A DNA stretch of 64,000 nt from assembly GCA_010405405.1 (NCBI GenBank), contig MU004246.1, positions 248,001 through 312,000 of the forward strand, written 5' to 3'. Both the position numbers and the translations under genes were made by a program. This document shows positions 11,704 to 25,153 of the stretch, piece after piece (the first letter of the stretch is position 1; each line of letters begins with the position of its first letter). This stretch comes from Microthyrium microscopicum. Its lineage: Eukaryota. The notes beneath the pieces are model-generated. The model had not been told where the DNA came from and did not search any database. It saw only the letters and a list, made by a program, of their open reading frames with translations.

Positions 11704-13331
11704 CTTGTCATGACCGGATGAGGTACAGTGAGCGGGGATATGATAGATATACGATTTTTTTGTCTGCTTTGACGATACCCATGAGAATTTGGTAGGATAG
11801 CGGACGGTTAATGAAGTCACTATACACGTGTGTAACAGTATATATGTACAAGAGTGGGATGCGAGGTGGGATTTATCGTGCAACATACCAGCTGCGGCCT
11901 TGAAGCAACTGGATTTGCCAAGCGCACGTAACTCAGTAACATGTAATGTAGCAGATCGACATTTTTAAACAAACATTTTGAATGTCAGCTTATTTCCAGT
12001 AAACATCAAGGACCGATAGGCTGGGCATTTTATTCTCCACGTGCACTGATTCTTTGACGCTTTTGGGTTTTGGGGTGGACTTTGGCGGTTCGACTCGGGG
12101 CAACACCAAATTTGGGAGAATGATGGAATTGTAATGAATGCGTTCGTCCGTATTTTGAGTTGGAAACTCACTAATTCTTGAAGACCAATTCTCTGGAATA
12201 CTGCTTATGGTGGTGTGGAGCTACAGTGATGATGCGACGCCGGCTAGGAGGATTTACTGAACTTGACCAAGTTATACGCGGATAAGCTCAGGAACGTTGG
12301 GATACCATAGATGCGCGATCAATTCAACCATTGTCGAAATACCTCTGCTGCGCGTTCTGTGCTACCCAGGCTGGAAAATGGCCATCTTTTCAATCGCACC
12401 TACGACGCCGTTAATTGGTTGCACTTCTTAGAATAATCGGTTATTATTGGCTGATAATCTCTTGGCAAAGAACATCAAAATGTCGACCAATCAACTCAGC
12501 CAAATAGTGCCATTGCAACCAATTAGCTTAGTTGAGCGATGCCCTACTTCTGAGAGCAATTTTCCAGCCTGGGTAGCACAGAACGCGCAGCAGAGGTAAG
12601 TAAACTTTTCAACTGAAGGATAAACGGAGAAGAAATGGAGTGATTTAGCTGGTTGGTCACAAAGTAGAACAAAACCCTGAAGTGTTACAACGACAAGAAC
12701 ATTTGCTTCATCTTCGACAATGTTAAAACCCAAGGGCCAATTATTTCCATGTTTCAACAATCTTTGGCTTCCCAATGGACTACTTGCATCGAGATACTTC
12801 AGTAGCCTATTGATTCACTGGCCAGACTCTTCATAACAGTCCCTCTCAAGATTTGGTACAATTTGTACCAAGAGACATGACAAGCTCACGATGATATTGA
12901 GGATAGCCAAGAGAAATGTTCTAGGACAGCAATGTTTCATGATATTTTGCACACTCAAGTCCGAATCGTTTCTCACCAATATTGATTATTGTCATATGTT
13001 CATGTTCAAGCAATGTTTCTCACCAGCATATGCTTCTGGAATAAGCATTCATGACACAGCTAAACCGCTGCAGACTTGTAAACATTTCTCAGACGAAAGC
13101 TGAAATGTACACCCACTCCCAAAGTCTTGGTATCTGAAAGACTTCCACTTTCCAGCCCACTCACTTTCCTGCTTGCTGCTGGCTTTGTAGTGGTCCAAAA
13201 TTGGGACCAAAACACACAATCGAAAGCGCAGCATCACCTGCAGAGATATTGCTTCCATCAATGTAACATTCTTTGGCTTCGACAAATACTCCATCAGCGT
13301 CGAGTTGAAAATAATCTTCTAATCCGTGGCC

Positions 13332-14973
13332 ATGGCCGCTGCCACAGCATCACGGCTTATGCCAGCCATAATATCAACAATCATTCCCGCCATTCCCATG
13401 GGACCACAGCCAACTGCGCCAGTATTACAATCCACGCCCTCTAGTATACCGTTCAACAACCCTCTATCAACTTCAGAAAGTGTCGAAAATGTACGACCAT
13501 CTTGTGGATCTAAAGCAAGGAAAGTTGACTACGACATTACAATTCATGCCGTTGGTTTGCGTACGATTCAGCCCACGTATTCCTAGTAGAGCAGTCACTG
13601 ACCTTGTTCTAGTCCTCGTTCTTCTATTCAGTTGCTTTGGAGCAGGATTTCCGGTTCTAGCGAAAAAGGTAAAATGGCTGCGTATACCGCCTCGAGCTTT
13701 TTTTGCGTGCAAGCATTTTGGAACTGGAGTCTTGATTGCAACGGCATTTGTGCATTTACTTCCTACCGCATTTCGGTCTCTTAACAACCCATGTCTACCG
13801 GAGTTATTTACAGAAAAATATCCAGCTTTGCCAGGAGTTATCGCCATGTTTTCACTATTTTGTCTCTTTACTGTTGAGTTGTGGATGCATACGAAAATGC
13901 CACACTCTCACAATCACGGCAGCGCAACAGGAGAAGAATTCTCAGGCACGCCTTTACCAGCTCGAAATCTTCCACCAGTGCGGAACGAAAAGACCGAGCC
14001 TATACAGCCACCGCAGAGTACCGAAATACCCCATGCTCTAACTCATGATGAGCCAGTGATCAACCGCAGCAGATTCAGCACCTCAAACGCATCAACCCAC
14101 TCCACAACATCCTACGCATCCACCGACATGCTCAACAAAGAAGCCAGAAGCTCAGAAGCACAAAAAGACACAGAAGAACCACGCTGGTTCACTTCCTTCC
14201 GCAAACAATACGAAAAACAACGAGAATCAATGCTCAAGCGCATCTCTCGATCCACGCCCCGCCCAATATCAACAGAAGAAGATTTGGAAAGACAAACCGC
14301 AGTATCCAATCTCGTCGCCGCCGAACAACAAGAATCACACAGTCTTGGCGTAGTGGACTACGATCCAGAGACCGTTGATCCAGCTATCTATAAGAAAATG
14401 TCTATGGAAATCACACTCATCGAGGGAGGTATTCTCTTCCACTCTATCTTCGTGGGTATGACTGTATCGATCACTACGGAAGGCTTCCTGATCCTCCTCA
14501 TCGCCATCCTCTTCCACCAAACGTTCGAAGGTCTTGGTCTGGGATCTAGAATTGCAGCAGTGCCGTATCCAAAAGGGAGTTGGAAGCCGTGGTTATTGGT
14601 GTTTGCGTTTGGGACTACGGCGCCGATTGGACAGGCGATTGGATTGGCGACGCATAATTCTTATGATCCGAATAGTGCGTTTGCGCTCATTTTGGTGGGG
14701 ACGTTCAATGCTATGTAAGTGCTGATCTTGTAGGTAGTGATATGAGTACTAATGGATCTAGTTCCTCCGGTCTTCTTATATACGCTGCTCTTGTTGATCT
14801 TCTGCAGCAGGATTTCTTTTCGGAGGAGGCGGATCGGCTTATGAGTTCGAGAAAGAAGGTTCAGGCTTTCATTTATGTGTTGATCGGTGGTAAGTTAAGC
14901 TCGCCGACGTGATATTTTCCAGAAACTAACATATGCAGCTGCGGCCATGGCGACTGTGGGCGCTTTTGCGTGA
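13332..14973 (+). CDS. ZIP-family zinc/iron permease (Zrt-like)
   Basis: Exons 13332-13560, 13613-14714, 14762-14889, 14939-14973. Motifs KHFGTGVLIATAFVHLLP, HSHNHG loop, EGGILFHSIFVG and FHQTFEGLGLG. Confidence 0.95.
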
Positions 14974-16104
14974 ATGCGTTTGCATACCTAGAATTGGATA
15001 GAGCGCTTTGTATTGTCGCTGACAGGTTCCCGAGCGAAATATAGAAGGGACGACCTGTACATACCCCTGCATTCAATAGCGAGTTTTTTGAATACATATC
15101 AGTTTTGTTGGTCAAATCATATTTCATTGTGCACAACCTGAGGAGTCTCTGAAGCATATATGATTGAACAAGCCAAAAAATATTGACACCGACATCAATT
15201 GATGACTTCATAATAGTCAGCGTGGAGATATCCAAAGTTTTCTCTAAAGATGCATATCAACCCTTGCATTTCGATTTATAAGGTAAACAAGGGGTAGACT
15301 TCTCGAACTGGAACTATCCAGACCGTGGAGGCACTGGATGTATTCTTTGCCACACCGAATATCTGTCTCTCAACAACAAAACTTTTTCATTCTCGGGCTA
15401 TGATACATACATGTTTTTATTTGATAGCAGTATTCAGGTCCAGCGAAAGGTTGACAGCCTACAAATCTTCAGTGACTCTTGAGTCTCTTCCCAGATTTTG
15501 GTTTTCTATGACCTGCCGTTAACGGACTATCAGTCTTCACAATTTGTTGTTCATACTGCAGGCTCTCCATGGTCAATATCTCCATTGTATATGCTAACTA
15601 GCGCCAACTTTGGCATTTATAAGCGGCATTCGCCATATTCTCCATGCGGGGATGCTTGAACTACTGCCGAATACCCGTCGAATAGCAATGCGTATAATGA
15701 CATTAGTGGAGTCCAAAGTAATAGCTAGCAAAAATGTATAAGAATGTCAAAGTCGTGAATTTACCTTATCACAGGTAGTTCATCCAGCGAGTGGGATCGC
15801 AACTTTCGATTCACTCAAACCACTCCTTGTGTGTGCCAGGCCTCGGAATTATTTCTACACTGCTTTGCGATTATTTTCAGAAGACATATTGCCCATGAGA
15901 TACTAGTAATTGTGTTCCAACGCACTAATTCAGCCACTATCACCGGATATAAGAGCATTCGAATTCGAGCTGAGTAAAAGAAGCTTATAAATAAAACACT
16001 TGCCGTGGAAGTCGAACTCGAGTACTTATAGCTGGCTTATCAGAAACAAGTCGCATTGCAACATATTCCCATTGAATACCTTCCGGATTGTGACCTACAT
16101 CATC

Positions 16105-17614
16105 ATGGTCTTGAGCGAAGAAGCCGCATTATCCAAAGAGGAATTCTCTCCAGTGGAAGATGAAAAGACGGATTTTGAAAACTATGGGCGAGATGAGATG
16201 GGGGGAAAGGTTCAGCCAACCCAGTCTACATCTAAAATGTCAGAAATCGATCCGTTTGGAGAGCCACCGGATGGCGGATTAAATGCTTGGCTCAAGGTCT
16301 TTGGGTGTTTTCTTCTTTATTCCAACATATGGTTCGTATTCAGCTAGCTGAGAGCTTGATCCTTACAGATATCATTGCTCACATTTGATAGGGGCTTCAC
16401 ATTGTCGTTTGGAGCGTTCGAGGTGTACTACTCACACAATCTACTGAGCTCTTCATCACCATCTGCAATCTCCTGGATCGGAACCGTTCAATCCTGGTTC
16501 CTCATCATCGTTGGTGTTCTCTCAGGTCCATTGTTTGATCTTGGATACTTTAGACCCATGCTGTTTATTGGAAACTTTGGAGTTGTTTTTGGGATTTTCA
16601 TGCTCAGCATATCGACAACCTATTGGCAAGTCTTCCTTTCACAAGGAGTATGTATGGGACTTGGAGCAGGCCTACTCTATGTTCCTAGTATGGCGTTGAT
16701 TGGACTTTCATTTTCTAAGAAGAGATCACTAGCCCAAGGAATTGTTACCTCTGGTATTGCCGTTGGTATGTTTTTCAGCTGCTCAAATTGAAGTACACTT
16801 CGCTAATGATATCCTGACAGGAGGGATCTCTTACATCGTAGCCTTTGACAAGATGACTGCGACTAAAGGGTTTGGCTGGGCCGTCCGCACTATGGGCTTC
16901 GTTGCATTAGCAATCTGCATTATTGCATTTCCTGCTCTTCTCACTGGAACAAGTGCACTCGCCAAAGCGCGCACAAAACGAAAGCTTTTTGATCCTTCGG
17001 CATTCAAGGACTCGTCATTCAACGTATTCACATTATCATCGTTCTTCACATTTCTTGGCTACATTATACCATATTTCTACATACCATCGTTTGCCGAGGA
17101 CACATTGGGTATTTCCAGGGAATTTTCTTTATACATTCTCGTCTTCAGCGTCGCCGCATCGTTCCTAGGACGTCTCTCCGCCGGCCTTGTGGCTCATTAC
17201 CTTGGCCCTCTTCTCACATGGTTTTGCTGCGCTGCCATTTCCGGTGTTCTCAGTCTCGCCTGGATCGGAGTGAAAAATCAAAGCGGACTCATCACATTTG
17301 CGGTTTTCTGGGGATTTTGTTCAGCTGGTTTAGTGACTCTTCCTGCGGCCGTTTTCCCCTCCCTCTGTCCTGACCAAAGACGTCTGGGTACACGAGTAGG
17401 CATGTCGTGGGGAGTATCATCATTCGCATCACTTATTGGATCACCGATTGCTGGAGCCTTGTTGAAGCACAAAGTCACACATGGTAAGCAGGCCAGATCC
17501 AATTATCTTGGTCCTCAACTTTGGGGAGGATGTTGTTTGCTCGTGGGCGCGGGTATTATTCTGGTTTTGTTGTTGATGACCATGAAGCGTCGACGATCTA
17601 GCATATTCATATAG
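16105..17614 (+). CDS. MFS transporter, monocarboxylate porter (MCT/Mch-like) family
   Basis: Exons 16105-16331, 16392-16765, 16821-17614. Motifs PPDGGLNAW, SAISWIGTVQ, GPLFDLGY, QGVCMGLGAG and LGTRVG...LIGSPIAGAL. Confidence 0.93.
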
Positions 17615-18055
17615 GAAAATGAAAATGGTCCCCAGGTACTTACCGAAAACAAAAGTAAAAGTAAAAGATCACTATCATTGGCTTTTGCTTTGAGGCTGAT
17701 ATGGTTCACCCCTTCAGCTTCTCACGGACCAGCCTCAGCCTCAGCCTGATGATTGTGGATTTCGTTCCAATCAGTGCAAAGCTTGCTCTGCCGTAAAGCA
17801 AACTCACTGTTTTGTGTAAGTTCAAGCCGCCACTGATATGACTACAGCTGCATTGCTGATGTACAACCTGTTGAGTCGCTCCTTCCTCTTAAAGTAGCTC
17901 TTTCTGTGTAACACTTGCTCGTGTCTTACAACCCCACTTCTCCCCGGAAACTCATAACTACGGTATGAGATTCTCCATCTTTGGAACTAAGCAAACAAGT
18001 CTTCGGTTTCCTATGATCTTGTTCATACAACAAGCTGCCTGCCGGAAGAAAAAGA

Positions 18056-19850
18056 ATGACACTCCTAGACGTCATTAAGGCAGACGTTGGCCTATCGCCC
18101 ATCCATTTAGCCACCATCGTAGTTTTTTGTTTGGCAATACTTTACATAGGACTTGTACGACGACCAGCCTTCCCAGCGAGATCTCCAAAGATCATACGTG
18201 GCAATTGGCCTATAGTAGGCTCTCTCGGGTTTTGGCGCAAGCGATACGATTGGTGGATCGAGGCTGGAGAGCAAGCGGAAACGAAGAACTTTAGCTTTCA
18301 TGTTGGCAAGCATAGACTTGTTGGGACATTTAGTGAAGAGGGCCGAAAGACGTTTTTCAATCATAGACAGCTTGGCTTTACAGAAGGGTAAGACATTTCA
18401 TGAGCCCGTTGTGTGAATAGACTTTTAAGCTAACCTCGACTATCTAGATATGCGGTATTGTTTGGACAAAGGTTTCTGCTGAGGACCATCTAGCAGATCA
18501 AGTAATTAACAGGTTTAGTCCTTCATATGACGAGACGGGTAGCGACGAAGAACTACACTTGACGAACGATCATTTTCACCGTCGAATCGCTGCGTTGCTC
18601 AAGACGGAAAAGCTTGTTAAAGGTATGTCCCCCGATGTCCATTTTCATCCAGGTCCTGACCAGTCTCTAGTCCTTCCTACGTTGATTGCCGACGTTTCAT
18701 CTGGCTTGCAAGAACTCGCAGTCACTTCTCCTGACGAAACCGATCCATTCGACAGCATCTACAAATTGGTGTATCGACTCACGCTGAGAATAGTGGGAGC
18801 AACTGAAATTGCAGAGAGTCCACATTTGTCAGACCAGACACTACATCTATTTGGACAGATTGAACAGACTGCCAGGCCATACCAGATAATATGGCCATGG
18901 CTTCCATCGCCAGCATTGTTTACCAGATACTGGGCAGGGGCGAAAATGTACATGATCTTCTCAAAGATTCTGAATGCGAGAAAAAAGACTGAACAGAAGC
19001 TGGACGATCCATTGCAGTTCCTGGTCAACCAAGGTGACGATATCAGGCAAATAATCTCTGTGCGTCTATACAATCATATTTATCAGGGCTCCTCGTCGCC
19101 AAAAACTAACAATCCTAGTTCATCGTTGGAGCTTTGTTCGCAGGACAACTAAACAGCGGTTACAACGCTGCCTGGATTCTCTGTTACCTTGCGACCTATC
19201 CGCGCTGGCTCAACCAAGTTCGCAAAGAAGTCTCCGTCGTGGCTGACAAACATATTCCCGGCAGCGATACGCTTGTGCAGAAGCTCTCGAAACTCCCTCT
19301 GGAGGTCTGGGAACACGGCTTTCCCACCATCGAATTGTGTCTCCGTGAAAGTATAAGACTACAGCTACATGGCTCTGGATTCCGCAAAAATATAAGTGGC
19401 AAGGACGTTATCATTGACGATGAAGTGGTTCCACCAGGTAGTCTCTCCCATTCCAGCAATCTTGGACTATATTAATCACCAAATACTGACAATGGTCCAG
19501 GTGGCTTTCTAGTCTATCACTTTGGCCATCATCTACGAAACCAAGAGATCTACCAAGACCCCGAAAAATGGGAACCAGAGCGCTACCTTCCAGACAGAGC
19601 AGAAGACAAAAAGTCCCCAAACGCCTATGTCGGATGGGGTACGGGGAGACATCCATGCCTAGGCATGCGATTTGCGAAATTGGAGCAGAACATTATTGCG
19701 GCATTTTTCTGCGCAATCTTTGACTTTGAGCTCTTCGATTCTACTGGTGCTAAGATGGTCAACCCGCCAGAGCCTCAGGTGAATGCGTGGTCGGCTTGTG
19801 GGCCAGAAATGTCTGTGAAGTTGCGATATAAACCCAGGAACAAGGAATGA
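18056..19850 (+). CDS. Cytochrome P450 (multi-exon)
   Basis: N-terminal membrane anchor, I-helix FAGQLNSG, ESIR (ExxR), WEPERY and heme motif YVGWGTGRHPCLG at about 19626-19664. Confidence 0.92.
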
Positions 19851-21049
19851 GGTTTGAAAAAGGGAGTTGTGGCATCCTGTGCTGGTCTCTCGATACACTG
19901 TGGGTGGGCTAACAAGAAACTGAAGCAGCACATCATAAGGCAATGAGAAATAACATAAATAGAGAATGTGTAACATCTTTCGAATCCCAATAAACGCTCA
20001 GTAAACCAAAGCAAGATAGAATAAACAGCTCTTTGTATTTCCAGTACCCAAAAAACCACTCAGCTACGACGCCCGCCCAACCCAGGTCATAAGAAAGGAA
20101 CGTTTGAAATGCAGATGAAGAGATATAATCGAGATTTCCAAGTATAGCAAAAAACGAGGGTATTCACCAACTTCTACTATGCTTGTTATGAGTACTCGAA
20201 AGATGACTTGAGCGTTTCCACCATTGATCATGAGACCAACTCTACACAGACAATACTCTCCTGTTCGTTGATATAAATTCCATGCTCTTCCCACTCCTAA
20301 CCCATCAACAAGTCCCATCACGCTCCGATAACGCTAGTAAAAGAGCCGCATAGCATAAACATCAGCAACGACCATCCACTGAATTTTCGCCTTGCTGCAA
20401 GTCCAGCTAATATACAGGAAAACAGCACTTTAGAAGACCTTGCCCACGGGTTGCCCACGGGTGACAGTTTAAGTACACCCCAATCCCCCACCCCCAGGGA
20501 ACCAACAGGGGCCATCTTGCAAAAATGTTTTGCTCTCGTGCCCCACTGCCGAAACTGGGTGAGATGGGAGCAGACTGGGATTATATTGCTGTGGGGTGCA
20601 GAACCAGGGGCGGGACAGAGATGTTTTTGGTCGTGTGGGCACTGTAAAGTAGACGGTAATTGGATGTTGGGTGTTCATGGGTTAGTGAGGGTATTAGTTG
20701 TGAGAATTGGGGGAATATGCAGTGTACGCACGGGTGTTATACGAAATGTATGCGCGGTTGCTAACTCTACTGTTCGTTGTTGTCGTTTTTGTCCTGCATG
20801 TACTGTGTACCCGTACTGGTTGTACACGCATTGGATATGTGGGAGTGCTGTAGACAGACTCACCGTAACTATGTGTTGTTGGTTGTATGCGGTACCGTAC
20901 TTACAGATCGCAGGGACATGAGGAAAAAATCTGCTACATTGTGCTTGACTTGTCCTTGCGTTATTCGTGGAGCAACATAGCGATACTTTAGGCTGTTGAC
21001 AGCAAGCGATATAAGGCTGTTAAGAATGGACACATGCCACCGCTTGATA

Positions 21050-21281
21050 CCGTAGAGACGCGTTGAATCCCCTCGCAACGCTAGTCCCAAACCACGAGTA
21101 GCGTCACCAAGGTCAGTGGGCTCTGCCCCAAATGTACGCCTTACCCGTAAGATATGGATTTCATCTACTAGGCAGTATGTCCCCTTTGCAAATGTTTTTG
21201 CGCCTCCTAAAATCTAAGCAGCCCCATTTGCCCCTTTGCCAAGTCACTAGCGTTGCGAGGGGATTCATTGCGTCTCTACGG
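21050..21281. mobile_element. 232-bp MITE, Tc1/mariner(pogo)-like ends
   Basis: 36-bp TIRs CCGTAGAGACGC(GT/AA)TGAATCCCCTCGCAACGCTAGT with 2 mismatches, flanked by TA on both sides (21048-21049, 21282-21283). Confidence 0.9.
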
Positions 21282-24200
21282 TATTGTACTAAACTTGATA
21301 AGTACTAAACTTTGGCACTTGTTCAAGAGTACATAAGTCAGGAACAGGAAAAGCTTTCTTCAGGGCTTACAACCAGCCGCAAAGCTTCAAGGCAATGTTG
21401 CGTTACCGCGTAATAATCAGCTGCAGCAGTAGCGGGTGCAAACATGTCGTGAGAAATTAGAATATCGCCAAGGCGATCAGTTGCATAACAGTGGAGAGTC
21501 CGTGAAAGCTTCATCGACTTTGTTCATCTTGGCTTCTGATGACATCTGAACGACATGCGGCGAAAATGAGGCATTAAAAATCTGCATCAAGCGGATCCAA
21601 ATTTCCGTATAAAACCTCAGGATCCAGAAGCTGCTGAACGCAAGCTGGAATGATCCATTACCACCGTGAACCATCGTCGGTCAAGACTCAACAGGATGAA
21701 AATATACTTTTCAGCGTGTGCTTTTCGACCTGCAAAAAGTGTCCGCATTGTTGGATTTTCCAACCAATAGCGAATTTCGGTCGGCTGGAGCGCGTGTGCT
21801 CTGTCTCAGTTCCTACATCGATAAACTGCATTGATCATTGGCAGATTTGGCCTGTCTGCATCATTTTTCTGCAAAGCATTCGGTGCGGCTGTCTTTAAAG
21901 GATTTGAACGTGAGTTTGAAAGGATTGGTGGATCGATCACCGAGAATGTCTCCTGCAGAAGGTTCGGCTGTCGTCATATGCAAGTGGCCGAAAACGGAAT
22001 GAACTGATGCCGTTTTGATCGGGGGTTCATGGGTTCATGCCACTCCAACCACCCCACGCGAGCCAGCCAGCCCTGAAAAGAGGTCAAGCGGCTTTTATCG
22101 CTTATTCCTTCTCCATTCTGCTGTTGTACATCTCTACGGATTTACATTCACCGATGAAAAGCTCGTGGAAGCTGAAGTTGTCCCTGTGGATGCCTCAAGA
22201 GCCTTGGAATGTTACCTTGACCCACTTGGCGAAATTGATAACGTCAATAAGGCCAAGAAAGCACGGTGTGAGAATTGTCCAACAAGTGATTGTTAAGGCC
22301 GTCGAATACATTGATAGCCAAGGTCTGCGCAACTGTCCGCAATGTCCAATTTAAGCAGGCCGAGAGGAATATCAAAGTTCTTTTGGAACCACCAAGAGCC
22401 TTGGTTTAGCCAAGATGAAACACATCTCCAGCGCGCTCGGGATCTTGGGGAGTGATACACCGACAAAATGCGACTTAGCCTCGCGATTATCGATCACTCT
22501 CCTCTAAAGCCTTCATCGCCCTTTCGCGCTGTATATCTCAGTCCGATCTATTCGCGTCACGCATCAAGTTCGGGCAAAAGCACATGATGTTCGTACAAAC
22601 AAAAACGTCGGCGAAGAACGGAGAGGCTAGTGTTTGACCAATTCACGATCATTTAAGCGCGCGCAACTACCGGACGAGTTGTAACCTGCCTCTAATTTTT
22701 AGTGAGCCTTTTTAGCAATTGGAATCCGTCATATGCTTGTCCCAATCGGCACCAACCCTCAGCGTAATTTCCATCCAGCGCGCGCTACAGCTTCCAATAT
22801 AAATCTTTCCAATAATAATATGCACATCTTATGATGTAGATCGATCCAACAACTTGTCAGCATACTGCCTCGCATTGGAATTACTGACCTCATGTAGCCC
22901 TCCACTCCATCCACTCCCTGCGCATAGAACCCTGAGAAATATGACCGGGACCAGAGGGGACCTGGATAAGTCGGCATCAAGAAATGACGTCGACTTGTAT
23001 AGCCCCCCTGGCGCATAATGATTGGTATGGTGGTACAGTGGGGTGCATTATTATGCCAGCAACTGTCTGCAACTATATGCATGGAGGTCGGTAAAATGGT
23101 TGGTTGTATTCCAATCGGCTAACAGAGTCAACCTACCTTCTTTAGCTAGGCACGAGGTCATCGCAGATTTCGAATGAATATGGCTTTATGGTTGGAGATC
23201 TTGCAATGCTAGTGCCTCTTAGAATCGTCGTGATAAGCACCTGTTTTGATATCAGATTGCGCCGTGGATAAGAATGATATCCTTGGAGCGACTACAATCC
23301 AATTATGGACAAGTGAATTTTTCTATGTATGCATGGAACATTCGAAAGTGGAATTCTGGCCGCTGCCTTATCTTTTTTGACAGCCCTTGGTGAAAAGCTT
23401 GCTTGCCAGTGGTTGATAGCTTGAGCCAAGAGGGATCAAGATCACGAGGTGCACAAGCTGGCTTAACAAAGATTGTTGCATATACGGGCCACACGCTGTC
23501 TGCCATCTGCCTCAATGGCACATTCACCAAGGTTGGCAAACGGTTTATTTACTGACAATGGATTGAGGGGCATCCATGTTGCGCTTCGATGTAAAGATAG
23601 AGCGGGAATACACCGCTCGAAGGGATATTGATTCCTGCACCCCGCGGACGTCGAGATGATCAGAGTGATGAGACTCTAGGATCAAGAGCTTTGTTGCATT
23701 GCACGCGCGACGAGTGACGATGGTTGGTGGTTGAGATTGATGAAAGACGAAAAGAAATAGGGACGTGTGTGCTCAACATGACCCTGAAGAAACTGCAAGT
23801 GATCGATCAAGGCCAAGTGTCTGGGTGATGCAGTTTTGCTTTTTTCGTTGCCTTTGGAGGCCTTGGTGTTTGAAACAGTTGTGGTTGACTTTGAACAACT
23901 CAATCTGTACTGTGCGGAGCCGTTGTTCAGGTTTCATTGCCCAGATGCTAAGAGAAGTTCAAGACTGCGGTTTCATACCGCCAAGCGGCGGCTATTGACC
24001 GCACTGTGACGCTTCACAACAGTGCCATGGAGTTGAATGTTACTCGGTATCTTGTACAACGGGATATGTTGAAGATCGGCATTCAATTGTATCAGTCTTT
24101 GTCGCTCGTTGCCAAAGGATCGGGTCCACTATATGATTATCGTTTCCTCGAGTGTCTTTGGGCGCAGTTGAGGCAGTGACTTGGAGGCTTGGAGTCTTGG

Positions 24201-25153
24201 GCAATGCAATCGTGGGGAGGACAGAAAGTCTTGGATGTTTTGGAAATATATACAGTGTAATTGGCACTTTTGCAGTGAAGAAAGGCCCTTCGAGGTTAGT
24301 ATGAATTGTACTTCCTTCATCGGAAAATCGGAATACCGTATGCAGCACGTCAACGGTTGACAAGTCTCGAGTATTTCCTCCCTAATAGAGTACATCTCGA
24401 GGCTATCCCCACTCGTGTCACTGTAGTCTTTCCCACTCTCCCGTCATTCGCAGCGTGTCGAAATGGCCGCGTCTATGCTCCACGGACCAGGTCTAATACC
24501 TCGCTGAACTGTGACCCTCACAGGCATTTCTAGTCGTTGTTGGCTTGCCGCTGTTCCTGGCCTTGTGGGTGTATATACACACCGTGCGCCCGCTCTTAAC
24601 GCTGTCTTTGAAATTGGTATCTTGACCTTCTTCCGTTTCTCGGTCTCTCTTCTCCTTACGATATCTGGCTGTTTGGCTATTTCGGTACTATTACTTACTA
24701 GTGTGTTCCAAACCCAACTTGTTTCTATTAATTCTTGAAATCTCCCCTCTCAACTCTTGCCCACTCTAAACTACAGCTTTCAACTCTGCCATTATTACCA
24801 TTGTTCATCGCCATCTGCATTGCCATACCACCTGCAGATTCCGCTCACTTGGCTACCAACCCAGTTGCCCATTCAGGGAGGTATCCGACGACTCATTCCG
24901 ACCTTTCAATCTCAGCTCACCAGGACACGCTTTTAATTCCACAAATTCACTGGCATTGCTGCACAGCATGATAACATCGTGTTGAAACCTGGAAAATTGC
25001 CGGATTATTGCAGCATCAGACCTTGTTCAGTCTTTTGGCTGGCAGACCGGCTCTTGTCTCCCCGATTTCCTTTGTCCGTCTCCCGATCCGATCAAAGGGA
25101 TTCATCCACCAGCACCATCCTTTTTACCTTTTGCCTGTTAGTGTCTGCAAACA

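Noticed and set aside
12080..12110. tRNA-like GGTTCGACTC motif
   Set aside because: No cloverleaf or A-box in the flanks.
17747..17860. TGATGA...CTGA pair downstream of the MFS gene
   Set aside because: No clear host intron, internal boxes or recognisable guide.
16105..19850. Secondary metabolite gene cluster (MFS plus P450)
   Set aside because: No backbone enzyme (PKS, NRPS, terpene synthase or RiPP precursor) is present in the window.
21400..24400. Possible genes in the interval before the kinase
   Set aside because: Only short, stop-interrupted frames with no recognisable motif. They may be decayed sequence but cannot be called.
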